Shown here: positions 17,907 to 25,192 of the stretch, in pieces
How the letters are laid out: the number at the start of each line of letters is the position of its first letter
Position numbering within the stretch: position 1 is the stretch's first letter
Assembly: GCA_900234795.1 (NCBI GenBank)
Contig: LT962688.1
Span: 2,100,001 to 2,132,000, forward strand
Direction of reading: 5' to 3'
DNA from: Methylorubrum extorquens
GTDB taxonomy: Bacteria; Pseudomonadota; Alphaproteobacteria; Rhizobiales; Beijerinckiaceae
DNA: 32,000 nucleotides
Translations under genes and position numbers: made by a program
Notes under the pieces: model-generated
What the model was told of the DNA's origin: nothing
The model's database searches: none
Seen by the model: only the letters and a program-made list of their open reading frames with translations

Positions 17907-19805
17907 ATGACGTCATCGACGCGCCGTCCCGTTCTCATGCGGGCACTGCTCGCCTCGGCTTGCGCGGTCGCGCTGCTGACAGGGCCCGCGCCCCTGGCGC
18001 CGGCCTTGGCACAGGAGGCGGCGTCCGCGGTCCAGGATCTCGTCCTCGACAACGTCAGCCTCGCCTTCGGCGACACGCTCGTCACCGCGCCGAAGGTGAC
18101 GGTGAGCGGCACGCGCCTCTCCCGCGACGACCTGCTCGCGATCTTCAAGGCTGACACCAAGGACGCGAAGGACCCGGTCAAGGATCTCTGGCCGGCCCGG
18201 CTCCAGCGCCTCGATGCCGGCAGCCTCACCATGCCGGAGCTGCGCGTCGAGCGCCGCGACGGCGAGCGGCGGCAGGTCGTGACCTACCGCGACGTGGCCG
18301 CGCGCACGATCCGGGCCGGGCGCATCAGCGAACTGACCGCGGCCGGCGCGACGCTCACCGTCGAGGGCGCGCCGCAGGCGGGCAGCGGCAGCTACGGCCG
18401 CATCCGCGCCGAGGAGGTCGATCTCACCGCGCTGGCGCGCCTCTACAGCGAGGCCGGCGACGCGAGCAGCCCGCTCCAGCGCCTCTACGTGGCGCTCGCC
18501 GTCGAAAGCATCGCTTTCATCGACGAGCGCGGCACCACGGTGTCGATCGCCCGTCTGATCGGCCGCGACCTCGCCGGACGCCAGACGCCGGCGACCTGGC
18601 GCGGCGCCGTGGAAGCGTTGGGCGATGGCGGGTTGGCCGAGGACGACCGGGCCAAGCGCGCCCGTTCCGCCGGCCTGCTCGCGGATCTCGCCGAAGCGGT
18701 CTCGGTCGGCAGCCTCGAGGCGACGGACCTGAATGTGAAGGAGGTGAAGGGCGACGACCCGCTCTCCTTCAGCATCGGCCGCATGAGCTATGCGGGCGGC
18801 GGCGAGGCCGGCATCACGCTCGCCGAGATCGGCTTCGGCGCCAAGGAGGCGCAGGGCAAGATCGCCCGCCTCTCGCTCACCGGCTTCTCCCTGGAGCCGA
18901 CCATCGCCGCCCTGCGCCGCCTCGCCAAGGCACCGCTCCCCGCCGGCACCGATCCCGGGAAGGGGGCCGCTCCGGCGCCGGACCTGCACGAGGCGGAGCT
19001 GCGCCGCCTGACGCCGGTCATCGGCACGCTGACCCTGTCCGATCTCGGGCTCGATCTCGCGCAGGTGGCGGTGACGCCCCCGGCCGCCTCGGGCGATCCG
19101 CTCAAGGCGCCGAAGCTCGTTCCGCTCCCGCCGCTCCATATCGGCTTGCGCGGCGCCAGCATGAGCTTCGGGCCGCCGAAGGACGGCGTGCCGACCGAGA
19201 CGCGTTTCACGCTCAACGGCCTCACCATGCCGGCCTCCGCCGTCGAGGGCGTTCCCGGTCTCGGCTCGCTCGGCCTCTACGGCTACCGCGACCTCGATCT
19301 CGACGCCACGGCCGACACCGCCTGGAGCGAGGACAAGCGCGAACTGAGCTTCAAGGCGCTGTCGCTCTCCGGCAAGAATATGGGCCGGCTCCACCTCAAC
19401 GCCACGCTCGGCGGCATTGGCCCCGAGGTGTTCGACCCGGATGCCGCGGTTTCGGGCTTCGCCATGCTCTCGGCCACCGCCAAGGCGCTGGACCTGACTC
19501 TGGAGAATGGTGGCCTGTTCGAACGCTTCATCGACGCCCAGGCGAAGGTGCTGAGCCTCAAGCCCGACGAACTGCGCAAGGAATACGTGACGGCGAGCGT
19601 GATCGGCGTGCCGGTGATCCTTGGCAACTCGGCGGCCGCCAAGGCGATCGGCGCGGCGATGGGCAAGTTCGTGGCCAAGCCCGGCACGCTCTCGATCAGC
19701 GCCAAGGCGAAGAGCGGCGACGGCCTCGGCATGGTCGATGTCAGCACCGCCCCGACCCCGGCCGCGGTCCTCGACAAGCTCGAGGTGAATGCCAAGGCCG
19801 AGTAG
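17907..19805 (+). CDS. Secreted hypothetical protein (632 aa)
   Basis: I chose the start MTSSTRRPVLMRALLASACAVALLTGPAPLAPALAQEA (ATG 17907), which gives a signal peptide. The composition is protein-like and rich in Ala, Leu and Gly. I recognise no catalytic motifs. Confidence 0.7.
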   Translation: MTSSTRRPVLMRALLASACAVALLTGPAPLAPALAQEAASAVQDLVLDNVSLAFGDTLVTAPKVTVSGTRLSRDDLLAIFKADTKDAKDPVKDLWPARLQRLDAGSLTMPELRVERRDGERRQVVTYRDVAARTIRAGRISELTAAGATLTVEGAPQAGSGSYGRIRAEEVDLTALARLYSEAGDASSPLQRLYVALAVESIAFIDERGTTVSIARLIGRDLAGRQTPATWRGAVEALGDGGLAEDDRAKRARSAGLLADLAEAVSVGSLEATDLNVKEVKGDDPLSFSIGRMSYAGGGEAGITLAEIGFGAKEAQGKIARLSLTGFSLEPTIAALRRLAKAPLPAGTDPGKGAAPAPDLHEAELRRLTPVIGTLTLSDLGLDLAQVAVTPPAASGDPLKAPKLVPLPPLHIGLRGASMSFGPPKDGVPTETRFTLNGLTMPASAVEGVPGLGSLGLYGYRDLDLDATADTAWSEDKRELSFKALSLSGKNMGRLHLNATLGGIGPEVFDPDAAVSGFAMLSATAKALDLTLENGGLFERFIDAQAKVLSLKPDELRKEYVTASVIGVPVILGNSAAAKAIGAAMGKFVAKPGTLSISAKAKSGDGLGMVDVSTAPTPAAVLDKLEVNAKAE

Positions 19806-19853
19806 TCGTCTCGGTCCTTGTCACACGTCGACTCGGTGGGGACCGGGTCCATG

Positions 19854-19879
19854 CGCGAAGCCGCTCGGGCGGCTTCGCG
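19854..19879. terminator. Perfect 11-bp hairpin with a tetraloop between convergent genes
   Basis: CGCGAAGCCGC (19854-19864), TCGG, GCGGCTTCGCG (19869-19879). It lies between the stops at 19805 (+) and 19979 (-). There is no U-tract on either strand. Confidence 0.5.
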
Positions 19880-19978
19880 GCACGACAGCCATCATCATCC
19901 GTGAACGCGAGCGCCGACATTCGCGGACAGCGAGAAATCGCGGGCCGATCGCACTGAGCGATGGCCCTTTCGGGGGCT

Positions 19979-21334
19979 TCAGTTCGCCGCCGCCACCTGC
20001 GAGCGTTTCGCCTTGGCGCCGGGATGGCCGGGGGCCTGGGCCACGGCCGTCTTGCTGGCCGTCTTGGCGGCGGGCTTGGTGCTCGGCGTCGGGGCCGTGC
20101 TGGCGAGCTTGGCGATCGCCTGCTTCGAGGTCGGCGGCATCGCCGCCATACGCGAGGCGGGTTCGGGCGCCGCGGCTTTGCCGGTGGGCTTGGGCGCGCC
20201 TTTGACGGCGCCGGTGGCGGCGAATTGCTGGACCGGCATCTTGGTGGCCGCTGCCTTCATCGGCACCGCTTGCGCGGTACGGACGGGCACGGAGGCGCCC
20301 TTCACCGGAGTGGAGGCCAGACGCGTCGGGGCCGGAACCGTCGCATCCTTGTGCCGGCCCTGTGCCGGCTGAGCGGAGCGGCCGGTTTCGGCCATCATGC
20401 GGCGCGGCTCGATCGCCGGCTTGGCCGGGGCGGCGGCGAGCGCCACCGGAGCCGGACGGAACGGCGCGGCGCGGGCAGCCGTCGGCTGCAACGCCGCCGG
20501 GACGGCGACGGCGGCGCTGGCCAGCACGATCGGCGCGGGCCGGGCCGGGCGCGTGACCGGTGCCGCCGTCTCCGGCGCGTCGTCGTCGCGCTCGCCCGCC
20601 GGGCGGAAGGCGAGTGCGCGGGAAGCGCGTTCGAGCCGCTCGGGTGCAGCCTCGGGCTCGGAGGGACCGAGATCGGCCATCATCACCGGCGCGCGCCCGA
20701 TCGCGGCGGGGCGACCGTCGGTGCGCAGGGTGGCGAGCAGCTTGCGATCGTCGCTGCCGGCGACCGAGGCCTTGCCGGCATACTCGACGCGCACCCGCGC
20801 CGTGCCCTTGCGGTGGAATTCGAGCGCGCGGGCCGCCTCTTCGGACACGTCCATGAGACGGTTGGCATGGTAGGGGCCGCGGTCGTTGACGCGCAGGATC
20901 ATCGAGTGACCGTTGTCGAGGTTGGTCACCCGGACATAGCTCGGCAGCGGCAGCGTGGGGTGCGCGGCGGCGATGGAGTGGCGGTCGAAGACTTCGCCGT
21001 TGGCGGTGACCCGGCCGTGGAAGGCGCTGCCGTACCAGGAGGCGAGGCCCTCGCGGACGTAGCCGCGGGCATCCTCGCGCGGCACATAGGTCTTGCCCGC
21101 CACCACGTAGGGCTTGCCCGAGAAGCGCCGCCCACCCCCTTTCGGGATCACGTCGCCCTCGTTGTAGAGGCGGCGGCTCGCCTTCACGCCGTATTTCGGA
21201 TCGATCTCGCTGCCCGAGGAGGCGCCGCCCGCGAGCTTGGCCGGATTGTTGGCGCAGTTGGCGGTCGTCAGCGCCACCGCGCAGACCGCCAGGAGCTGCA
21301 GGGCCGGTCGCAGGACCGGCATCGCACCCCGCAT
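19979..21334 (-). CDS. rlpA: Septal ring lytic transglycosylase RlpA-family lipoprotein (DPBB domain) with a long Ala/Pro/Lys-rich tail
   Basis: ASWYGSAFHGRVTANGEVFD...AAHPTLPLPSYVRVTNLDNGHSMILRVNDRGP is the RlpA double-psi beta-barrel signature. The lipobox-like LTTANC follows MRGAMPVLRPALQLLAVCAVA. The start is uncertain, with in-frame ATGs at 21391, 21379, 21334 and 21322. Confidence 0.85.
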   Translation of the reverse strand: MRGAMPVLRPALQLLAVCAVALTTANCANNPAKLAGGASSGSEIDPKYGVKASRRLYNEGDVIPKGGGRRFSGKPYVVAGKTYVPREDARGYVREGLASWYGSAFHGRVTANGEVFDRHSIAAAHPTLPLPSYVRVTNLDNGHSMILRVNDRGPYHANRLMDVSEEAARALEFHRKGTARVRVEYAGKASVAGSDDRKLLATLRTDGRPAAIGRAPVMMADLGPSEPEAAPERLERASRALAFRPAGERDDDAPETAAPVTRPARPAPIVLASAAVAVPAALQPTAARAAPFRPAPVALAAAPAKPAIEPRRMMAETGRSAQPAQGRHKDATVPAPTRLASTPVKGASVPVRTAQAVPMKAAATKMPVQQFAATGAVKGAPKPTGKAAAPEPASRMAAMPPTSKQAIAKLASTAPTPSTKPAAKTASKTAVAQAPGHPGAKAKRSQVAAAN

Positions 21335-21657
21335 CGGAGCGTCCGCGGCCGTCCTGATCGATGCCAAATCCCGTGGCATGACATGAGTCATGTCGCTCGC
21401 CCGCTCCCCGCCTACGCCACAGATTCCCCCAAGGCCGCGGAAAGCTGGGCCTTAAGGGGATCACGCTACGCCGAGCCGGAACACACGTCCGGCCGTCCCC
21501 AGAGGATCGTCCGGACGCGGTAAAGGAAGGCTGAACGGGCGCTCAGGCCGTGGGAGAGCCGAGGCGTTGTGTGCGCAGACGGTCTGAACGACTCGAGAGG
21601 ACGGCTGCGCCGCACGTCATGACGGGCCCCGTGAAGCGAAGGGCGGCCTCCCGTTTC

Positions 21658-22011
21658 TCAGCGCGGGTTCTCGCCCAGCACCTGCTCGATCGAGCGGGCG
21701 CCGCGCTGCTTGAACAGAAGGTCGAGGGCTTCGAGCATCAGGGCGTGCATCTTGGTGCGCTCGGCATAGGCCAAGTCCCGGAGCTGGTCGTAGACCGGGG
21801 GCTCCAGATAGACCGACATCTGCTTGGCGCGCTCTTTGAGGGTTCCGGCCCGTGCCGGAGGCGCCGAGGCCGCCAGATCGAGCCGGACGATCTCCGCGCC
21901 CGCCGGGCTGTTCGTCTTTGCAGCCGATCGGGCGCCGCCTTTGCGCGGCCCGCCGGCCGGGCCGGCGGAGGCGACGATCGAGGCGAGGTCGAGCTTAGGC
22001 CGCCTTGACAT
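21658..22011 (-). CDS. Small ribbon-helix-helix (ParG-like) protein with a disordered basic N-terminus
   Basis: Internal start MSRRPKLDL (ATG 22011-22009) within the tracked ORF 21658-22245. The C-terminus KQMSVYLEPPVYDQLRDLAYAERTKMHALMLEALDLLFKQRG has a strand-helix-helix pattern. It overlaps the ParA-like stop by 17 nt. Confidence 0.65.
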   Translation of the reverse strand: MSRRPKLDLASIVASAGPAGGPRKGGARSAAKTNSPAGAEIVRLDLAASAPPARAGTLKERAKQMSVYLEPPVYDQLRDLAYAERTKMHALMLEALDLLFKQRGARSIEQVLGENPR

Positions 22012-22684
22012 GCTTTCTCGTGTCCTTGGCCGTCTCTGCGGCCGCTCCCTTGCGGGTCCGCTGCCCCGTCGCCTGCATGCGGCGCTCGATCCAGCTCCAC
22101 AGCCGGCGGACTTCGCCCGCGGCCTGACCCTTCGGATTGAATTCGGTGACGCCCTGGCCGACGCCGATGGCGTCCTGATGGTCGTTGCGCGCCACGATGT
22201 TGACGTCGGGCAGGATGCCGAGCACCGCGAGCCCGTCGGCGGCATCGCGGATGCGGTAGGAGCGCGGCGGGGTCTGGTTCAGGACGAAGGCGAACTTCTT
22301 TTCCAGGCGGTAGACGGCGGCGAGCGTCGGCTTGAAGGCGCGCAGGTCGGCGGGGGTCGGCCGGCAGGGGATGATGCACAGATCCGCTGCGCGGATCGCC
22401 GAGAGCGTCCCGTTGGAATCGATGCCGGGGGTATCGATGAACACGTAGTCGTAGGACGATTCCGCCAGCCGCTCCATCACGAGGTCGATCTGCGTGGCGT
22501 CGATCTGGGCCACTTCGGGGCCGTCGGCGGTGCGGTGATCGAGCCAGTCGGTGATCGTGGACTGCCGGTCCATCTCCAGGATGCAGACCGCGTGCCCGGC
22601 TTCCTGTGCGGCGACCGCGAGCGAGATGCACAGGGTGCTCTTGCCGCTGCCCCCCTTCTGCGTGACGAACGTGATTGCTTTCAT
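21995..22684 (-). CDS. Small ParA/ParF-type (type Ib-like) deviant Walker A ATPase
   Basis: MKAITFVTQKGGSGKSTL carries the deviant Walker A KGGSGKST. YDYVFIDTPG is the Walker B region. The size is about 229 aa with no N-terminal HTH, and the overall pattern resembles TP228 ParF as I recall it. A GTG at 22693 is an alternative start. Confidence 0.85.
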   Translation of the reverse strand: MKAITFVTQKGGSGKSTLCISLAVAAQEAGHAVCILEMDRQSTITDWLDHRTADGPEVAQIDATQIDLVMERLAESSYDYVFIDTPGIDSNGTLSAIRAADLCIIPCRPTPADLRAFKPTLAAVYRLEKKFAFVLNQTPPRSYRIRDAADGLAVLGILPDVNIVARNDHQDAIGVGQGVTEFNPKGQAAGEVRRLWSWIERRMQATGQRTRKGAAAETAKDTRKHVKAA

Positions 22685-22725
22685 GCCGGCCACCCCACCG
22701 CTCTCGGTTTCGTCGGGCTGCCGGT

Positions 22726-22875
22726 CCTGTGATCACGGGGCCGCCCAGACCCCGGATTTCACCTAACATAGTTAACCGCCCGTTAAGGCCGATGCCGGCC
22801 CGCATCCGCGCTCTGTTGACTTGAGGTTGAGATTTCGCCGTTGCGCCGGTTGAGCGCTTTACGAGGACGGTTGCA
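22726..22875. promoter_or_regulatory. Repeat-rich region upstream of the ParA-like gene: two palindromes and five phased GTTG motifs (candidate operator or centromere-like site)
   Basis: CC-n-GTGATCAC-n-GG at 22726-22739. TTAAC-cgccc-GTTAA at 22772-22786, with a further CTAAC at 22763-22767. GTTGAC at 22815, GGTTGAG at 22825, GTTGCG at 22840, GGTTGAG at 22848 and GGTTGCA at 22869. Confidence 0.35.
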
Positions 22876-23044
22876 TTCCGCTATCGTAACCTAAGGCATT
22901 TTCGACTGCAAAAAGTTTACCTGAGATTGCGGTTTTCGGCTGGTTTGGCTGAGGAAACCGCTTTCTTCGGGTCGGTCTTGGGGGCTCGCCGAGCGTCCGG
23001 GCTGCGGTCTGTCATGCCTGCCGAAGCGATGCCGGTGCCTTGAG

Positions 23045-23611
23045 ATGACGGCTTTTCAACCTGACCTTCCCTCCGCCTTCGCCGGCTCCGCCTGCATTGG
23101 GGCCTGGGCCCATGACCCTGATTCCAACCGACTCGCTCTGTCGCCGGTCCTGGCGCGCCTCCTGGCCGTACCGGCGGCCTCGGCGGCCGGGGCACCTCTG
23201 ACGCTGGCGCTGGCGGCTTTGGAGGCCGAGGACGCGGTCCGGCTGGAAAGCGTGCTGCGGGCGGCGGGGGAAGACGGACGACCTTTTGAGGCCGAGTTCC
23301 GCACGCGGCCCGGCCCCGACGGTCCGCGCTGGCTGCGCCTAATGGGGCGAAGCGGGCGCGATCCCGAAACGGGGGCACTCACGACCCAGGGGCTCGCCTT
23401 CGACCTGACCGAAGGGCGCCGGCCGGTCGATTCGGAGGTCCACCAAGCTCAGCGGCAGGCCAACCGTCTCGCCGACCATGCCGCGGCGATGAAGGGATTG
23501 GTCGCGGGCCTGCGCAATCCGCCCCTGGCCCGCCTCGTCGACGAGGTCGCCGTCGAGGTCGGCCACGAACTCGCCCGTCATCTCCACGGCACCCGACGGC
23601 AGGTGCACTGA
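23045..23611 (+). CDS. Stand-alone PAS-like domain protein with a C-terminal helical tail
   Basis: IGAWAHDPDSNRLALSPVLARLL...PFEAEFRTRPGPDGPRWLRLMGRS...TQGLAFDLTE follows the PAS_3-type pattern (G-W-x-D, then E-x-R ... DG..RW). There is no output domain. It uses more A/T-ending codons than neighbouring core genes. Confidence 0.6.
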   Translation: MTAFQPDLPSAFAGSACIGAWAHDPDSNRLALSPVLARLLAVPAASAAGAPLTLALAALEAEDAVRLESVLRAAGEDGRPFEAEFRTRPGPDGPRWLRLMGRSGRDPETGALTTQGLAFDLTEGRRPVDSEVHQAQRQANRLADHAAAMKGLVAGLRNPPLARLVDEVAVEVGHELARHLHGTRRQVH

Positions 23612-23630
23612 CGGGCGCGGGAGCCCGGAT

Positions 23631-24971
23631 TTATCGCGGTTGCGCGGAGGCTTCGAGCGCGGGGCGCGTATGTGCCGGCGACGCGGGGAAGAGCAGCGGG
23701 CGCAAGGCCTGCGCCGCCTCAGGGTTGGGGCGGGCCAGGGCGGCGGCGAAGGCTTTTCGCAGGGCCGCGCAGCCGCGCCCACGCGCCGGCTTTGGTGGGG
23801 CCGTCACCGTCGCCACGGCGATGGCGGCCTGACTTGTCGAAGCCTCCCGGAGGGGCTGGGGCGCCGCCTCCGTCGCCCTCAACCCGAGCGCCCGCGACAG
23901 GATCGCCCGTCCCTCGGCGAGTTGTGCGGCGCCGAGGCGTGGCCGCGTCAGCACGGCGCCCACCCCGTCCTCGGCCGAGGCGCAGATGTGCCTGCGGTCC
24001 GAACTCGGACGCTGCATCGCCTGCAGGATCATCCGGCCGAGATCGGTCAGGGCGGCCGGGTCGGCCTCGGCGAGGCTTCGCGCCACGGCCTGCGCCGCCA
24101 TCCGGCGGACACCATCGACGGCGTCCCCCTCCGAGCGGCCCCGGCGATAGCCGTCGAGGTACCACGCGGCGATCGGCGCGATCGTCCCCGGTGCGTCGGC
24201 CTCCACCGCGTCCAGCAGCGGCACGTCGCGCAGGATCACGGTGCGGGCCCGCTCCGGCTCGGCACCGTCGTCGAGGGTGGAATCGGGAAAGCGGTAGGCA
24301 TCGACCCGGCCAGTGGCGACGCCGGCCCTCACCAAGGTGTCGGTGTCGGGGATCATCAGGTCGTCCGGCCGGACCTGGAGGGCGGCATCGACGAAATCGG
24401 CGCTGATTCCCGCCGCGAGGTAGGCGGCGCGTTCGGGCGCGCTGTCGGCGGCGATCTCGACGCCGAGCGGACCGGTTTCGTAGGGCGCGTGGAAGCCGAG
24501 CCGGGCCTCCGCCAGGACCAGCCGCTCGCGCCCCCGCACGAAGGCCAGGGTGCAGGCGGAGACGCAGTAATCCGGCACGTAGGTGACGAGGCCGTGCTCC
24601 GCGATCAGTGCGCCGATGGCCGCTCCCTCATCGACCAAGCCGCCCTCGCTGGTGAGATGGATGCGCTCGACCGTGCGGTGGGCCGCGAGCAGCCCGGCGA
24701 GCCGCTCGGCCGCCCCCTCGGTCAGCTCGCCAGACAGGCGAATGTCGTGCTCACCGGGCCCGAGGACGATGCGGGTCGCGGGCGCTTCCGGCGCGGCCCC
24801 ACGGAGATCGGTGCGGGTCGTGAGCCCACCGCCGACCGGATCGATCGCCCCGCGCGGGCTCGTCGTCCGGCCCGGGCCGAAGAGCAGGATCCCCGCCATC
24901 AGGGCGCTGGCCAGCCCGACCGAGACGCAAGCAACACCGCGCACAGCCCGCCGCGAGCCAGCCGCCATCAT
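23631..24971 (-). CDS. Membrane-anchored hypothetical protein with a COG3904-like (ClpP/crotonase-fold periplasmic) N-terminal module
   Basis: I chose the start MMAAGSRRAVRGVACVSVGLASALMAGILLF (ATG 24971), which gives a TM anchor. IRLSGELTEGAAERL...IHLTSEGGLVDEGAAIGALIAEHGLVTYVPDYCVSACTLAFVRGRERL...LGFHAPY matches my recollection of COG3904 proteins. The C-terminal half is unassigned. Confidence 0.6.
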   Translation of the reverse strand: MMAAGSRRAVRGVACVSVGLASALMAGILLFGPGRTTSPRGAIDPVGGGLTTRTDLRGAAPEAPATRIVLGPGEHDIRLSGELTEGAAERLAGLLAAHRTVERIHLTSEGGLVDEGAAIGALIAEHGLVTYVPDYCVSACTLAFVRGRERLVLAEARLGFHAPYETGPLGVEIAADSAPERAAYLAAGISADFVDAALQVRPDDLMIPDTDTLVRAGVATGRVDAYRFPDSTLDDGAEPERARTVILRDVPLLDAVEADAPGTIAPIAAWYLDGYRRGRSEGDAVDGVRRMAAQAVARSLAEADPAALTDLGRMILQAMQRPSSDRRHICASAEDGVGAVLTRPRLGAAQLAEGRAILSRALGLRATEAAPQPLREASTSQAAIAVATVTAPPKPARGRGCAALRKAFAAALARPNPEAAQALRPLLFPASPAHTRPALEASAQPR

Positions 24972-25056
24972 TCGCCCCCACAGGATGGTTCGGATTCTCG
25001 TTCGACCCGAGAAGTGTCCATCGCGAGAGCGGCGACGCAAGGCCTTTGCCAGGGCG

Positions 25057-25086
25057 AAAAAGCGACCGGAGGCGACCCTTGTCGCC
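25057..25086 (-). terminator. Intrinsic-terminator-like element downstream of cobF
   Basis: The minus strand reads GGCGAC-AAGG-GTCGCC-TCCG-GTCGC-TTTTT (25086 down to 25057). GCGAC can pair with either GTCGC copy, and the second copy is followed by U5. Confidence 0.45.
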
Positions 25087-25192
25087 GGGGATCGGAGGGC
25101 GGGAAGAAACCGGTTTCGAGCCGCATCGTTTGCGGCAGGGGCTTCCCCGCCTCGATACTATGTCGCAGCGCGAGGGCGGAGCGTCGGCGGCG

